From assembly GCF_009914755.1 (NCBI RefSeq), contig NC_060930.1: DNA of 64,000 bases; one strand, given 5' to 3'. The position numbers and the translations under genes were made by a program. Position 1 is the first letter of the stretch. Each line of letters opens with the position of its first letter. Source of the DNA: the human T2T-CHM13v2.0 reference genome, Homo sapiens. Below, one piece after another: positions 12,451 to 29,609 of the stretch. Below the pieces are notes generated by a model. The model made no database searches, was not told the DNA's origin, and worked only from the letters and a program-made list of their open reading frames with translations.

Positions 12451-14734
12451 ATCATGACTTTTTAGCTTCTGCTATTCCTGTCATTGACTTCATCTGTGTG
12501 TTTCCTAATTCTGATTCCCAAGAGCAAGAATCGGATTGGCTAAGATAAGCATTTCATTCCAGAAGTTTTACTGGTTGCTGGCAGGCATATTCATTGGAGA
12601 GGTCCCTTGGTCAGTCAACTATGTCAGAACCAAACAGTCGTGTGTGATCAAGGTGGGGGATTTGAATGGGAGTAGAGAATGGGTCTACTACTACAGTACA
12701 TGGCCACCAATGTAGCCATGAGAGTGGACGGGGCAGTTTTCTTAGGAGTGGACATGGGTAGACAGGCAATCACTGACACTGAATACAAAATATAAATATA
12801 CGCATTTCCAATTTGAGCCTGATGTCTGTGTAAAACGGAGTAATAATATTTCAGAGGCTAGTTTATGGGGGATAGATGAGATAGTGACCTAAACAAATGG
12901 ATGTAAAACCCCAAGAAATCATTATTACCATTCAACTAAGGGAGTGCAAACATAGTGGAACCTGATTTAATATCTCAAATAGTCCAGCACTCAAAAATAG
13001 GCTGGTAACACATAGGCCATCAGGGTGTTGTCTTGTGGTGCATGCAGCAGGATGACTATTACTGTGAACTAAGCAACACAGATGCCATCTTCTGAAGACA
13101 AATAGACACAAGGGATTGTGTCTTTGTTCATATATACAAAGAAAATTGGCACTAGAACTGGATGAGAGCCAAGGGACAGTCTGTTTGATAGGCTGTGGCT
13201 TGTGATAGTCCTAATCTGTTGATGAAATAATGTGTTTCCTTCTGGAAAAAAGGAATTTTCTAACGTTCCCCTAAGAAAGGTTTCAGCTGCCCTCAGCTCT
13301 GTCAGGGACTAGAAGTGATTGTCCTGTTCTGGGTTATTATCACTTTGATCACACCAATTCCCCTTTTGGGCTTAAAAAACTCAGTCTCTTTCTGTCTCTC
13401 TCTCTCTCTTTTTCTCTCTCTCTCTTTTTGGAGGATTTTTTTCGAATCTGTATATCTTTCTAGTTTAACTAGATACAGATCTAGTCATGGGTTTTTACCC
13501 CCAGGCTCTCCCTTTTGTCATCTTTTATCCTCCTCTTTCCTTTGTCCCATTTAAATTAAATTTTAGAATTTATATAAGAATTTAAGTTGGTCATAGTAAA
13601 GATTTTGAAACATTAGGGATTTTGAATTCCAATAGTGTTATCAGTAGCTTTTAAAGGTTAGGATTTTCCTTTTGTATGTGTCATGAGTCTATATGTGTGA
13701 GACTGTGACACTGTGTGTATGTATTTAAAGAATATTTAAACTTATGACAGTAAAAGAAAAAGTACAAATTGCAAATATCAAGCGTTACGTCAAATAAAAA
13801 CTTCCAAAACAGTCCTATGTGGCAAATAACACAAACCAAATTAATTATTAAAAAGAATCTTTTGTATCACTCAATTCCTAGAAAGAATCAGGAAAGTAAA
13901 AGTCTAAAAAGCAGTGGTTTGAAGAAAAACAGGAAGCCTGCCACAAAGCATTTTGAGTAGGTGAATGAAGGTTATTAGTTAAGCTGGGGATGCCTGCTTT
14001 CCCTGCTCTAGCAGTCACAGACAGAGTGAGCATGCCTCTGCATAATCCTATTATGTACAGGGTGCTGCACTTGGCCTTCCTGGTGACTTACATTTGCCAG
14101 AAACACTACACTTCAAACACATACCATACAGGCAATTACAACAGGTTTCCAAAGATTGATGGCAGCCCCCAAATGAAAAGATTCCACTAGCTACCCTCTA
14201 AATCCTCATATGAAGAATATGTGTTTGTGTGTGTGCCACTATGTGTTCATGTATTTAGCCAGCATAATGTAGAAAATTGATTTCTTAACACCTGATTCTA
14301 GGCAGAAGCAATTTCTGCCCAGAATGTCAGCCACTTTTTAAAAAATAACATCAAGCCATTGCACAAATACAAAATCACATACTTGGAGAAAACGAAATTA
14401 TACACATCCTTAGAATATTACTCTTTCCCTTTCATCCTTCAAAAATTAATTTGGATTTTTAACTTTCCATCCTGGTCCAATACTGTACAACAAAGAAAGT
14501 ATGGATAAGAAAAGTAAGATTTCAGAAATGTGGTAAGGAGTGGAGGGAAATGCCTTCAATAATTCTCAGTGAGGGTGTAGGAGGACTTCTGGCTCACAGA
14601 TGTTCCAGTGCTCTAAGGGGTTCATTGGGAGAGAATATCACCATAGGTTTGAAAAACTATTAATCCCACCAAGGAAAAAAAACTTCAGCTTTTGAGCCTG
14701 TTAGCAAATTATAGTTAATAAAAATAAAATTTGT

Positions 14735-15045
14735 GGCCTGGCACAGTGGCTCACGCCTGTAATCCTAGCATTTTGGGAGGCCGAGGAGGGTGGATTGCCT
14801 GAGCTCAGGGGTTCAAGACCAGCCTGGTCAACATGGTGAAACCCTGTCTCTACTAAATACAAATTAGCTGGGCTTGGCAGCATGTGCCTGCAGCCCAACT
14901 ACTCAGGAGGCTGAAGTGGGAGAATTGCTCCAGCCCACAAGGCAGAGGTTGCAGTGAGGTGAGATGGTGCAACTACTACACTCCAGACTGGGTGACAGAG
15001 CGAGTCTCTGTCTCAAAAATAAAATAAAATAAAATAAAATAATAT
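14735..15045 (+). mobile_element. Alu (S-type) with (TAAAA)n tail
   Basis: Dimeric Alu; TSD AAAATAAAATTTGT at 14721-14734 and 15046-15059. Confidence 0.96.
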
Positions 15046-16164
15046 AAAATAAAATTTGTAAATAGAATACACTGAAATATATTCTGTGAACAAAAGAGGA
15101 CAAATTAAACCAAGAGAGTTCAATGTACAAGGTATGATTTTGAAATTATACAATTGTACTTTTAAATCCCTTGACTTTTGCAAAGAATCTTGATGCAGCA
15201 TATATTTTTATTATATAAATGTCTATTTTGCAATAGGATGAAATAAAATTAAGAAGACCTATGATAATGCAGTATATAAATTTGGCAAAACACTTGAATA
15301 ATGAAAAAACTTATTGGTGAGTTTTGTCTCATAAATATATTTGTTGGAGAAAGATACTCTAAATGGAGACAAACATAAAATGCTTGTGGAAATATTTAGA
15401 CATTTAACATAAACAATTAGAATTGACATTGCCCTCCATTTGACAGAATTTTATCTGAATTTACATTACAACAGCACTAGAAGAGAATATTTTCCCTATT
15501 AAAAAGATTATGGTCTATAGAAAAAGAACCAACTGAAAATGCAATTAACCATAATTTGAAACTTGAAGACAATTTCAGGCATTTTTATGGGAAAAAACAC
15601 TAAATTTTTAAACAAAATACTATTAATAAAGAGAATTAGAGAAATTATATAAGCACACAAGTATTGTTACCTGCTTTTAAAATTTTTAATGTTCAGGTAA
15701 TTGATATAAAGGAGGTTTATTTATTAAAATGTTTATTTAATGTATACTAGTGTAATAGAAATATTTTATTTGATTTATGAACGTATGAATTTATAATAAA
15801 TAACAATTATAAATACCATAACAAAAAAATTAATGAAATAATTTATTCTTGACTATATGTTATAAATGTATTATGTAAATGCAATATATTTAATAAATGC
15901 ATTTTGGTTAAATATTAATATAGTATTGGTTATATTTATTCTTTATTTTTTATTTTTTTAATTATACTTCAAGTTTTAGGGTACATGCGCACAACGTGCA
16001 GGTTTGTTACATACGTATACATGTGCCATGTTGGTGTGCTGCACCCATTAACTGGTCATTTACATTAGGTATATCTCCTAATGCTATCCCTCCCCACTCC
16101 CCCCACCCCACAACAGGCCCCGGTGTGTGATGTTCCCCTTCCTGTGTCCATGTGTTCTCATTGT

Positions 16165-19966
<3,802 letters not shown>

Positions 19967-20027
19967 TATGATGTTAGCTGGTTATTTTGCTCGTTAATTG
20001 ATGCAGTTTCTTCCTAGCATTGATGTT

Positions 20028-21041
20028 CTTTAGTTTGTCATGTTTTTGCAGTGGCTGGTACCGGTTGTTCCTTTCCATGTTTAGTGCTTCCTTCAGGAGC
20101 TCTTGTAGGGCAGGCCTGGTGGTGACAACATCTCTCAGCATTTGTTTGTCTGTAAAGGATTTTATTTCTCCTTCATTTATGAAGCTTAGTTTGGCTGGAT
20201 ATGAAATTGTGGTTGAAAATTCTTTTCTTTAAGAATGTTGAATATTGGCCTCCACTCTCTTCTGGCTTGTAGAGTTTCTGCCGAGAGATCAGCTGTTAGT
20301 CTGATGGGCTTCCCCTTGTGGGTAACCCAACCTTTCTCTCTGGCTGCCCTTAACATTTTTTCCTTCATTTCAACTTTGGTGAATCTGACAATTATGTGTC
20401 TTGGAGTTGCTCTTCTCGAGGAGTATCATTGTGGCATTCTCTGTATTTCCTGAATTTGAATGTTGGCCTGCCTTGCTAAGTTGGGGAAGTTCCCCCGGAT
20501 AATATCCTGCAGAGTGTTTTTCAACTTGGTTCCATTCTCCCCATCACTTTCAGTTACACCAATTAGACGTAGATTTGGTCTTTTCACATAGTCCCCTATT
20601 TCTTGGAGGCTTTGTTCATTTCTTATTATTCTTTTTTCTCTAAACTTCTCTCTCGCTTCATTTCACTCATTTGATCTTTCATCACTGATACCCTTTCTTC
20701 CAGATGATCGAATCGGCTACTGAGGCTTATGCATTCATCATGTAGTTCTCATGCCATTGTTTTCAGCTCCATCAGGTCCTTTAAGGACTTCTCTGCATTG
20801 GTTATTCTAGTTAGCCATTCATCTAATTTTTTTCAAGGTTTTTAACTTCTTTGCCATGGGTTCAAACTTCCTCCTTTAGCTTGGAGTAGTTTCATCATCT
20901 GAAGCCTTCTTCTCTCAACTCATTAAAGTCATTCTCTATCCTGGTTTGTTCCATTGCTGGTGAGGAGCTGCATTCCTTTGGAGGAGGAGAGGCACTCTGA
21001 TTTTTAGAGTTTCCAGTTTCTCTGCTCTGTTTTTTCCCCAT
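20028..21041 (-). pseudogene. L1 ORF1, disrupted
   Basis: ATG GGG AAA at 21041; fragment KEKMLRAAREKG...IRLTADLSAETLQARREW. Confidence 0.92.
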
Positions 21042-21616
21042 CTTTGTGGTTTTATCTACCTTTGGTCTTTGATGATGGTGACATAAAAATGGCGTTTTGG
21101 TGTGGATGTCCTTTCTGTTTGTTAGTTTTCCTTCTAACAGTCAGGACCTTCAGCTGCAGATCTGTTGTAGTTTGCTGGAGGGCCACTCCAGACCCTGTTT
21201 GCCTGGGTATCAGCAGTGGAGGCTGCAGAACAGTCGATATTGGTGAGCAGCAAATGTTGCTGCCTGATCGTTCCTCTGGAAGTTTTGTCTCAGAGTTGTT
21301 CCTGGCCGTGTGAGGTGTCAGACTGCCCCTACTGGGGGGTTCCTCCCAGTTAGGCTACTTGGGGGTCAGGGACCCACTTGAGGAGGCAGTCTGTTTGTTC
21401 TCAGATCTCAAGCTGTGTGCTGGGAGAACCACTACTCCCTTCAAAGCTGTCAGACAGGGACATTTAAGTCTGCAGAGGCTTCTGTTGCCTTTTGTTTGGC
21501 TATGCTCTGCCCCCAGAGGTGGAGTCTACAGAGGTAGGCAGGCCTCCTTGAACTGCGGTGGGCTCCACCCAGTTTGAGTTTCCTGGCCACTTTGTTTACC
21601 TACTCAAGCCTGAGCA

Positions 21617-21787
21617 ATGGCAGGTGCCCCTCCCCCAGCCTCGCTGCCACCTTGCAGTTTGATCTCAGACTGCTGTGCTAGCAATGAGCGAGGCTCTGCG
21701 GGCATAGGACCCTCTGAGCCAGGCGCAGGATATAATCTCATGGTGTGCCATTTGCTAAGACCATGGAAAAGTGCAGTATTAGGGTGA
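21617..21787 (+). other. L1 ORF0 homologue (antisense to the 5'UTR), 56 codons, frameshifted C-terminus
   Basis: MAGAPPPASLPPCSLISDCCASNERGSAGIGPSEPGAGYNLMVCHLLRPWKSAVLG*. Confidence 0.8.
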
Positions 21788-23090
21788 GAGTGACCCGATT
21801 TTCTAGGTGCCATCTGTCACCCCTTTCTTTGACTAGGAAAGGGAATTCCCTGATCCCTTGCTCTTCCCAGGTGAGGCGATGCCTCACCCTGCTTCGGCTC
21901 ATGCTTGGTGCACTGCACCCACTGTCATGCATCCACTGTCCGACACTCCCCAGTGAGATGAACCCGGTACCTCAGTGGGAAATGCAGAAATCACCTACCT
22001 TCTGTGTCGCTCATGCTGGTAGCTGTAGACTGGAGCTGTTCCTATTCAGCCATCTTGGCTCCACCCAGTATTGGTTATATTTAATATTTATTAAATATAT
22101 TTCATAGACATATTTATTTGAAAATATTTTAAATATATGTTTTACAGATCTATCTATATAATAAAACCAATTTCTTGTCCAATAAATAGATACTACAAAA
22201 ATGATATACTTTTAATTATTTTTATGGATCCCTTTAAAAGTAAAACACATCTTATATTTAGATAATTAATTAGTCACTTTGTCTATGGTTCTTTTCTCAT
22301 TTGGTCCTGGCCATCTCAAGTCTACTTCTTTCCCTCTATATCCTTCACAAAACAATTTTATATCCTATAAAAATCAGCCTTTATTTCGGGATACTACTAA
22401 TAGATTGGTTTTTTTTTGGAACCTTGCCATTCTTCATATTTATAATCTGACAAACCCAAAATTCTCCAGCTTCAAGTGTTAGTGTAAGTAGCTTCAAGTG
22501 TTAGAAAGCATGAAATTATCTCCAGGGTCAAAATGATGTGAAGTCTTAAAGTTCCAAAGAAATAACAATTATGCAAAGCAATGACCATCATTTGCAGTTC
22601 TATGTATTGTTATTTTTTCTTCACTTTCTGAAATAAGACACGTCGGCTTTTTTTGTTTGTTTGTTTTGGACATGGACATCAATTTAACACTGATAAAAAT
22701 CTGGCAACTGCAAATATGTATCATCAGTATTTACAATATATTTGATTCATATAGCAGCTTCCAAAGAACGCAAAGCGATTTCACATACACGTTATTTATC
22801 CTCATCATCATAGTAGAATAGATTTTAAAGCCCAATGTGCCTATTCTATTGAAATTAAGTCTCATGCTTCTTGTACTTTTCCAGAACAGCATGTCTAGTT
22901 GTCTAAAACACTTTTACACATTTTGATCAATTACCCTGGAAAAACATTAATTTCACTGTCACAATCACCCAGAGAGCTCAGTACACAAAATGGCAGATAT
23001 AACCTTTTCTCAAACATCTCTAATTGTCTGCATACCCCACTAATATTGGCTACATAATACATTTATTTTTGTCATTTGGGACTAAGTGCC

Positions 23091-23206
23091 TTACTTAGTT
23101 TTGTTCAGTGTATTCATTAATTGAAGAAATACTTATTCAGGATTTCTATTACTTAGTTTTGCTCAATATATTCACTAATTGAAGAAATATTTATTCAGGA
23201 CTTCCA
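23091..23206. repeat. 58-bp tandem duplication at an L2 3' end
   Basis: ttacttagttttgttcagtgtattcattaattgaagaaatacttattcaggatttcta occurs twice, with substitutions. Confidence 0.85.
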
Positions 23207-23478
23207 TTATATGAGCACTGGCCTTTGTGGTACAAAGATACAACATGAATCTGAAACTCAATTTAATCTAGAAAGATTTATTAATATAATCTCATCAGAA
23301 AAGCAAGACATCTACTGTGATAGCTACAGTATTGGTTAGAAATGGAAAAGAGAGAGCAGATGAGTATGGATGAAAGGCTGTGGAAGTTCAGATGAAATGC
23401 TTACTCCAGCTTGAGATATTAATCAGAAGTCAAACTCATGACTTTCCTCCCTCCCTACCATATCCCTGTACTTACCTC

Positions 23479-24060
23479 TGTATCACTTAGAAGGATTTGG
23501 GGCATACAAGTAGCAGAAGACACAATTCAAAATGTTCTAAACACTAAGGGGATTTTTCACTTCACAAAACAAATTGAGGTAGGGAGGCTCCAGAAGTGAT
23601 TAATTCCATGCCCAGTATCCTTGGCATTCCTTTATCTCATCACTCTGCCTTTCTCTCACTACTCCGTATGCATACCATCATGGTCCCAAGATCATTACAG
23701 CAACTTCAGGCTTCCCATTTTTTCTCTTACCAGTGTCTGAAGGCGGGAACAAGGCTCTCTGTCTGCTTTATGTTTATGTATAGGAACTAATAAATCTTTC
23801 TCATACATCTTCCTTCCCAGTAGGTGTCCCCTCATATCTCACTGGCCAGAACGAGGTCACATGACCCTTTCCAAGCCAATCACTGGCAATGATTAAAGAG
23901 TTACCATTATGAGTTTAGACTAATATTGATTCCTTTTCCCTGAGAATGGAGTTATGCAACAAAAGGTGAATAACTGAACAAATGTGGGTCTCTTCCCATA
24001 AGAAAGACATGGAAGTAAGGGAAAACTTGACATAGGCCACCAATAATAATGTTTCTTACA
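23479..24060 (-). mobile_element. Old MaLR LTR (MLT1J-like)
   Basis: TGTATCACTTAG...caagtagcagaagacacaattcaaaatg...cctcatatctcactggccagaacgaggtcacatg...TTACA. Confidence 0.6.
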
Positions 24061-24284
24061 CTACTCTAAGTTTACTGCTTTTCCTAACTTTCTTATTTTG
24101 TTTCTTGGTACCACCAATCTCCCCTTCACTTAATGGGCTCAAAATCCTAAAATGGTTCTTTGACAAGACTCTTTCTGTTGCTCTCACATCTTATTACCAA
24201 GCATAATAAAGCTTACTCCTATGTCTTGAAAATGCCCAGTTCCAGTTCTCATCTTTACATGCCTATAATGTTGTAAAAGTCTCC

Positions 24285-24418
24285 TAGAGGGAGCATATTA
24301 ATTAATCATCCAAACCAGGACACTTTTGAGATGGAAATAATGTGCTATTAATAATTATGTAAGGAAAATAGGTATACATTATAACCAACCTAGGAAAACT
24401 GAAGGTATGCTTATCCCA
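24285..24418. mobile_element. MER81-like hAT-Blackjack MITE
   Basis: atcatccaaaccaggacacttttgaga...gctattaataatta resembles the MER81 consensus. Confidence 0.6.
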
Positions 24419-25617
24419 TCCCAACTCATCTTTTTTGTGTCCAGTTTTTACATTCTCCAATTCAAGTTTATACTGAATTTGTTTTCTGGAACCCAGCCCT
24501 GATCCTGTCACACACACCTGTGCAAAAGCTTTTAATCGATTCCCTATGGAATCTGAATTATCCCAGGATTTAGGGTTTTCCCACAGTATGTTCTCAAATT
24601 AAATTTTCCTGGCTTCTCTCTCATTATTTCCCCAAATATAAAGAAAATCTCGGCTATATACTACCCTTCAATGAAAACAGGTTACCTGTAATTTTTTAAG
24701 TGTGCCCATTCTGTCCTAGCTTTACATGCTTGTTAATGTGGTCCCATCCATTTGTAATGCCTTTCCTTTCAATGTCAGCATTATAGCCATCATTTAATAC
24801 GGCCATTGCATATGTTCCCTCTCCTTAACAAATCAGGGGTAATTTTGTACAGCCTTTATGATTATGACTATAATAATCAGGCTTTCAGAACAAAAATCAG
24901 AATTTGTGACCTGTCATGGATTCTGACAATGGGTGGACCTAAAACTGACTGTATTGGGGCTTTTATTATGGGCGCATTTGCTGATTTTTCTTACTAGATG
25001 ATGGGTTTGTCAGTGGTATTAAATGGGTATTACTTATCTTGGAATGGTATATTGTTTTATATGTCCCAGCTTCTCCTTAAATATGTTTACATAAATTTCC
25101 TAATAAAGAAATTATTATGGTAACATAGCTATTACACATCTCTTTAATTGATTTAAAAATCTATTTCAAGATGAAAATAATAACAGTGTTTGTTGGAAGA
25201 GTGAAAACTGAGTAGATAGGAGACACTGGTAGGACAAACTTTTTCTACATACCCTTTGATAATTCTTGATGTTTGGATTATTCATGTGTATTGTTTATTA
25301 ATAACTTAAAAGTTTAGAAATATTATTAGAAAATGTGTCTTTTAATAAAGAGTTTACATTTAATTTTTCTTTTTAAATACAAAAAAATAGTATGTAGTTC
25401 AGTCCCACATCTTCTTGGGAATTCTGCATACAGAATTTATGAGCATTGGCAGCTTAATAACAGAGTGGGAAAAAGAAACCAATTACTCTAATAAACATCT
25501 TTAGTCCAAAATCTTTTCAAGATTCTTCTTAAAAAAATCAACTTCATCTTGTTTTGATTGAGATTACATGACCACAAGAAAAGGGGCACCATTGAGAGTG
25601 TCAAAAGGCATCAACAG

Positions 25618-25983
<366 letters not shown>

Positions 25984-26452
25984 TCATTTATTTTAACTAC
26001 CTTAAGATTTCCCATTTAACAAATAAACCATAATCTTTCCACATAATGACAAATTTCATGTCAACTTTACTGGGCCACAGGATGCCCAGATTAAACATTA
26101 TTTCTGGGTGTGTCTGTAAGGGTATTTCCAGATGACATTAGCATTTGAATTGGTGGGCCCAGTGAAGGAGATTGCCCAATGTGAGTAAACATCATCCAAT
26201 TCATTCAGGACCTGAATAGAACAGAGGCAGAGAAAGGAGAAATTTGCCCCTGTTTTCTGACTCATTGCTTGAGTTGGGACATCTCATCTCATCTTCTTCC
26301 CTGGGACTGGAAGTTACACCATTGGCTCCCCTGGTTCTCAGGCCTTCAGACTCAGAACGAATTACATTACCAGATTTCCTAGGTCTGCAGCTTCTCAGGC
26401 TCCATAATTTCCTGAGCTAATTCCTCATAATAATAGTTCCAGTTTTCCCCTC

Positions 26453-26507
<55 letters not shown>

Positions 26508-26510
<3 letters not shown>

Positions 26511-29040
26511 TGTCTTTAAAAGTTTATGAAAAATGCACACTATGTAAAAAGTATGCAAGGATTTCAAATTTTTATAACATTTCTGAACAGGATCTAGTTT
26601 GAGACACTAAGAAAGATAAGACATCAGTTTGAAAAGGGTCCCTATCAGAGTAACATAAATTCTGCTAAAACTGAAGCAAGAAAAAAAAAACATCAAATAT
26701 ATGATGCAGCTTGGGTAGAAGAATGGTGAAAGCAATAATACTTCACTAAAGTTTATGGAGACAATGCCCCAGGGAAATCAGCAGTTTACAAATGAACTAC
26801 TCATTTTAAGAAGGGACGACTCAGAAAGGAAGCCACACACCCACAACCACCTGATCTTCAACAAAGTTGACAATAACAAGCAATGGGGAAAAGACTCCTT
26901 ATTCAGTAAATGGTGCTGGGATAACTGGCTAGCCATATGCAGAAGATTTGAACTGGACCCATTCCTTTTGCCATATACAAAAATCAACTCAAGACAGATT
27001 AAAGACTTAAATATAAAACCTAAAACTAGAAAAACCCTAGGAAAAAACCTAGGCAATACCATTCTGGACATAGGCCTTGGCAAAGATTTTATAATGAAGA
27101 CTTCAAAAGCAATTGCAACAAAAACAAATTTGACAAGTGGGGTCTCATTAAACTAAAGAACTTCTGCACAGCAAAAGGAACCATCAACAAAATAAACAGA
27201 CAACCTACAGAATGGGAGAAAATACTTGCAAACTACGCATCCAACAAAAGTCTGATCTCTATAATCCAGAGGAACTTAAAACAAATTAACAAGCAAAAAA
27301 AAAACCCATTAAAAAATGGGCAAAACACATAAACAGACACTTCTCAGAAAAAGACATACAGTGACCAACATGCATTTGAAAAAATGCCCAACATCACTAA
27401 TCATTAGAGAAATGCAAATCAAAACCACAATGAGATACCATTTCACACCAGTCAGAATGGCTATTACTAAAAAGTCAAAAAACAACACATGCTGGCAAGT
27501 TTGCAGAGAAAAGAGAACATTTGTACACTTCTGGTGGGAATGTACATTTGTTCAGCCATTGTAGAAAGCAGTTTGGACATTTCTTAAATAACTTAAAACA
27601 GAACTACCATTTGACCCAGCAATCTCATTACTGAGTATATATCCAAAGGAATATAAATAGTTCTACCATAGAGGCATATGCACTTGTATGTTCATCACAG
27701 CATTATTCACAATAGCAAAGACATGAAATCAACCTAGATTCCTATCAACTGGATAAAGAAAATGTGGTACATATACATCACGGAATACCACGTAACCATA
27801 AAAAAATAAAGTCATGTCTTTCACAGCAATATGGATGCAGCTGGAGGCCATTATTCTAAGTGAATTAATACAGGAACAGAAAACCAAATACTACATGTTC
27901 TCTTTTATAAGTGGGTGGGTACAAAGAAGGTAACAATAGACACGACAGACTACTTGAGGGTGAAGAGTGAAAGGAGAGTGAAGATCAAAAAATTACCTAT
28001 TGTGTACTATGCTTATTGCCTGGGTGACAAAATAATCTGTACACCAAATCCCTGTAATACATAGTTTATCCATGCAACAAATCTGCATATATATCCCCTG
28101 AACCTAAAATGAAAGTTGAAAAGAAGAAGAAGGAACAAGTCGATGTTGAAGATAAAGCCTGCAATGGAAGAATATCCACGTCAATTTTCAAGGGAAAAAA
28201 TTATCTTGCTCATGCCCTAATTGAAGAAGACCAACGATTAACAGTAGAAATAGCCAACACCGTAGATATCTCAATTGGTTCAGCTTACACAATTCTGACT
28301 GAAAAATTAGTTAAGCAAACTTTCAACTCAATGGGTGCAAAATTTGTTGTGCCCAGATTAACTGCAGAAAAGAGCAGAGTTTTCAATGACAATTTTAAAT
28401 ATGTGGGATCAAGATCCTGAAGATTTTCTTTGAGGAATTATAACAAGAGATGAAATACAGCTTTATAAGTGCAATACTGAAGACAAATCACAGTAAAAGT
28501 GATGGCTACCAAGAGGCTGAAGTGGTCGAGTCAAAGCAAAATCACACCAGTCAAGCACAAAAGTCATGGCAACAGTTTTTGGTGTGCTCAAGGCATTTTG
28601 CTTGTTGGCTTTCTGGAGGGCCAAAGAACAATAATGTCTGATTATGTGAGGGCTTTGAAACAGCCAAAGTTTTAGCAGAAAAGTGCCAGAGAGTCCTTCT
28701 TCACCATGACAATGCTCCTGCTTATTCCTCTCATCAAATAAGAGTAATTTTGTGACAGTTTCAATGAGAAATCATTAGACATCCACCTTACAGTCCTGAT
28801 TTGCCTCCCTCTGACTTCTTTTTGTTTCCTTATCTTAAAAAAATCTCTAAAGGGCACCAATTTTTCTTAAGGTAATAATGTGTAAAAAAGACTGCGAATT
28901 CCCACAACTTTCAGTTCTTAAAGGATGGACTAAATGGCTGGTATCATTGCTTACAAGAGTGTCTTGAACTTGAAAGAGCTTATGTTGAGAAATAGTTTAT
29001 ATATTTTATCTTTTAATTCTGTTTTTCAATGAACTTTTTG

Positions 29041-29043
<3 letters not shown>
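26508..29043 (+). mobile_element. HSMAR2 mariner DNA transposon with decayed transposase, split by an L1
   Basis: TIR remnants tctttaaaagtttatgaaaaa / tttcaatgaactttttga; transposase motifs ALIEEDQRLTV (28109 ORF), HDNAPA and HPPYSPDLPPSDFFLFP at 28780. Confidence 0.9.
26820..28126 (+). mobile_element. 5'-truncated L1 (L1PA13-16-like) nested in HSMAR2
   Basis: ORF2 C-terminus plus 3'UTR; TSD AAGAAGGGACGA / AAGAAGGAACAA (26808-26819 and 28127-28138) at a TTTT/AAGA site. Confidence 0.92.
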
Positions 29044-29084
<41 letters not shown>

Positions 29085-29609
29085 CTATGCCTTTCATTTT
29101 GTTTCTCTGGAGAACCCTGACTAAATACAGTCCATTAGCTTACTGATGGATAGCAATCTTATTTCCTCTGCCCCCTGTTAATAAACAATGTTACAATGAA
29201 TAACCTGGTATATATGTCCCCCTATGCACATGTGGATCTGTAGGATTAAAAGGCAAGTGCACGGCTAAACTGACAGCAAGAAGCAGAGAATGCATATGTC
29301 AGTATTAACTCTTTTCTTTTCGGGTCCCTCACTTACCTACAGAAATACATATTTTCATTTATATTGAATTGTCATGGGAAGGCAGGAAGGCTTTTCCTCC
29401 TACTGTGCCTCAAGAGAGTGCAAACTTGCATATAATTTCAAATGAACACCCCACAGCCTTCTGTTGACCTTGCAAGCATCAGGGCTGTTCACACATAGTC
29501 TGCCATCTGCCCACATCTGGCTTTGCTGCCCAACCTTAACACTTCAGTAGTGTTTTTACACCTTTTTTGAAAAAGAAAAAAGTTATGGGAGCAAATACTA
29601 TAGTTTGCT

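Larger units (their letters stand above)
26042..29129 (+). mobile_element. MLT2 (ERVL) solo LTR split by HSMAR2 (LTR pieces 26042-26507 and 29043-29129)
   Basis: 5' part tgtcaactttactgggccacaggatgcccag; 3' end gtttctctggagaaccctgactaaataca; TSD TTCCA/GTCCA. Confidence 0.85.

Noticed and set aside
26755-27156. 133-aa ORF crossing the mariner/L1 junction as a chimeric protein
   Set aside because: The N-terminus is out-of-frame HSMAR2 sequence and the rest is decayed L1 ORF2; there is no promoter or selection evidence
28109-28860. Domesticated mariner transposase (SETMAR-like)
   Set aside because: Multiple stops and frameshifts plus an L1 insertion; it is HSMAR2-like, not HSMAR1
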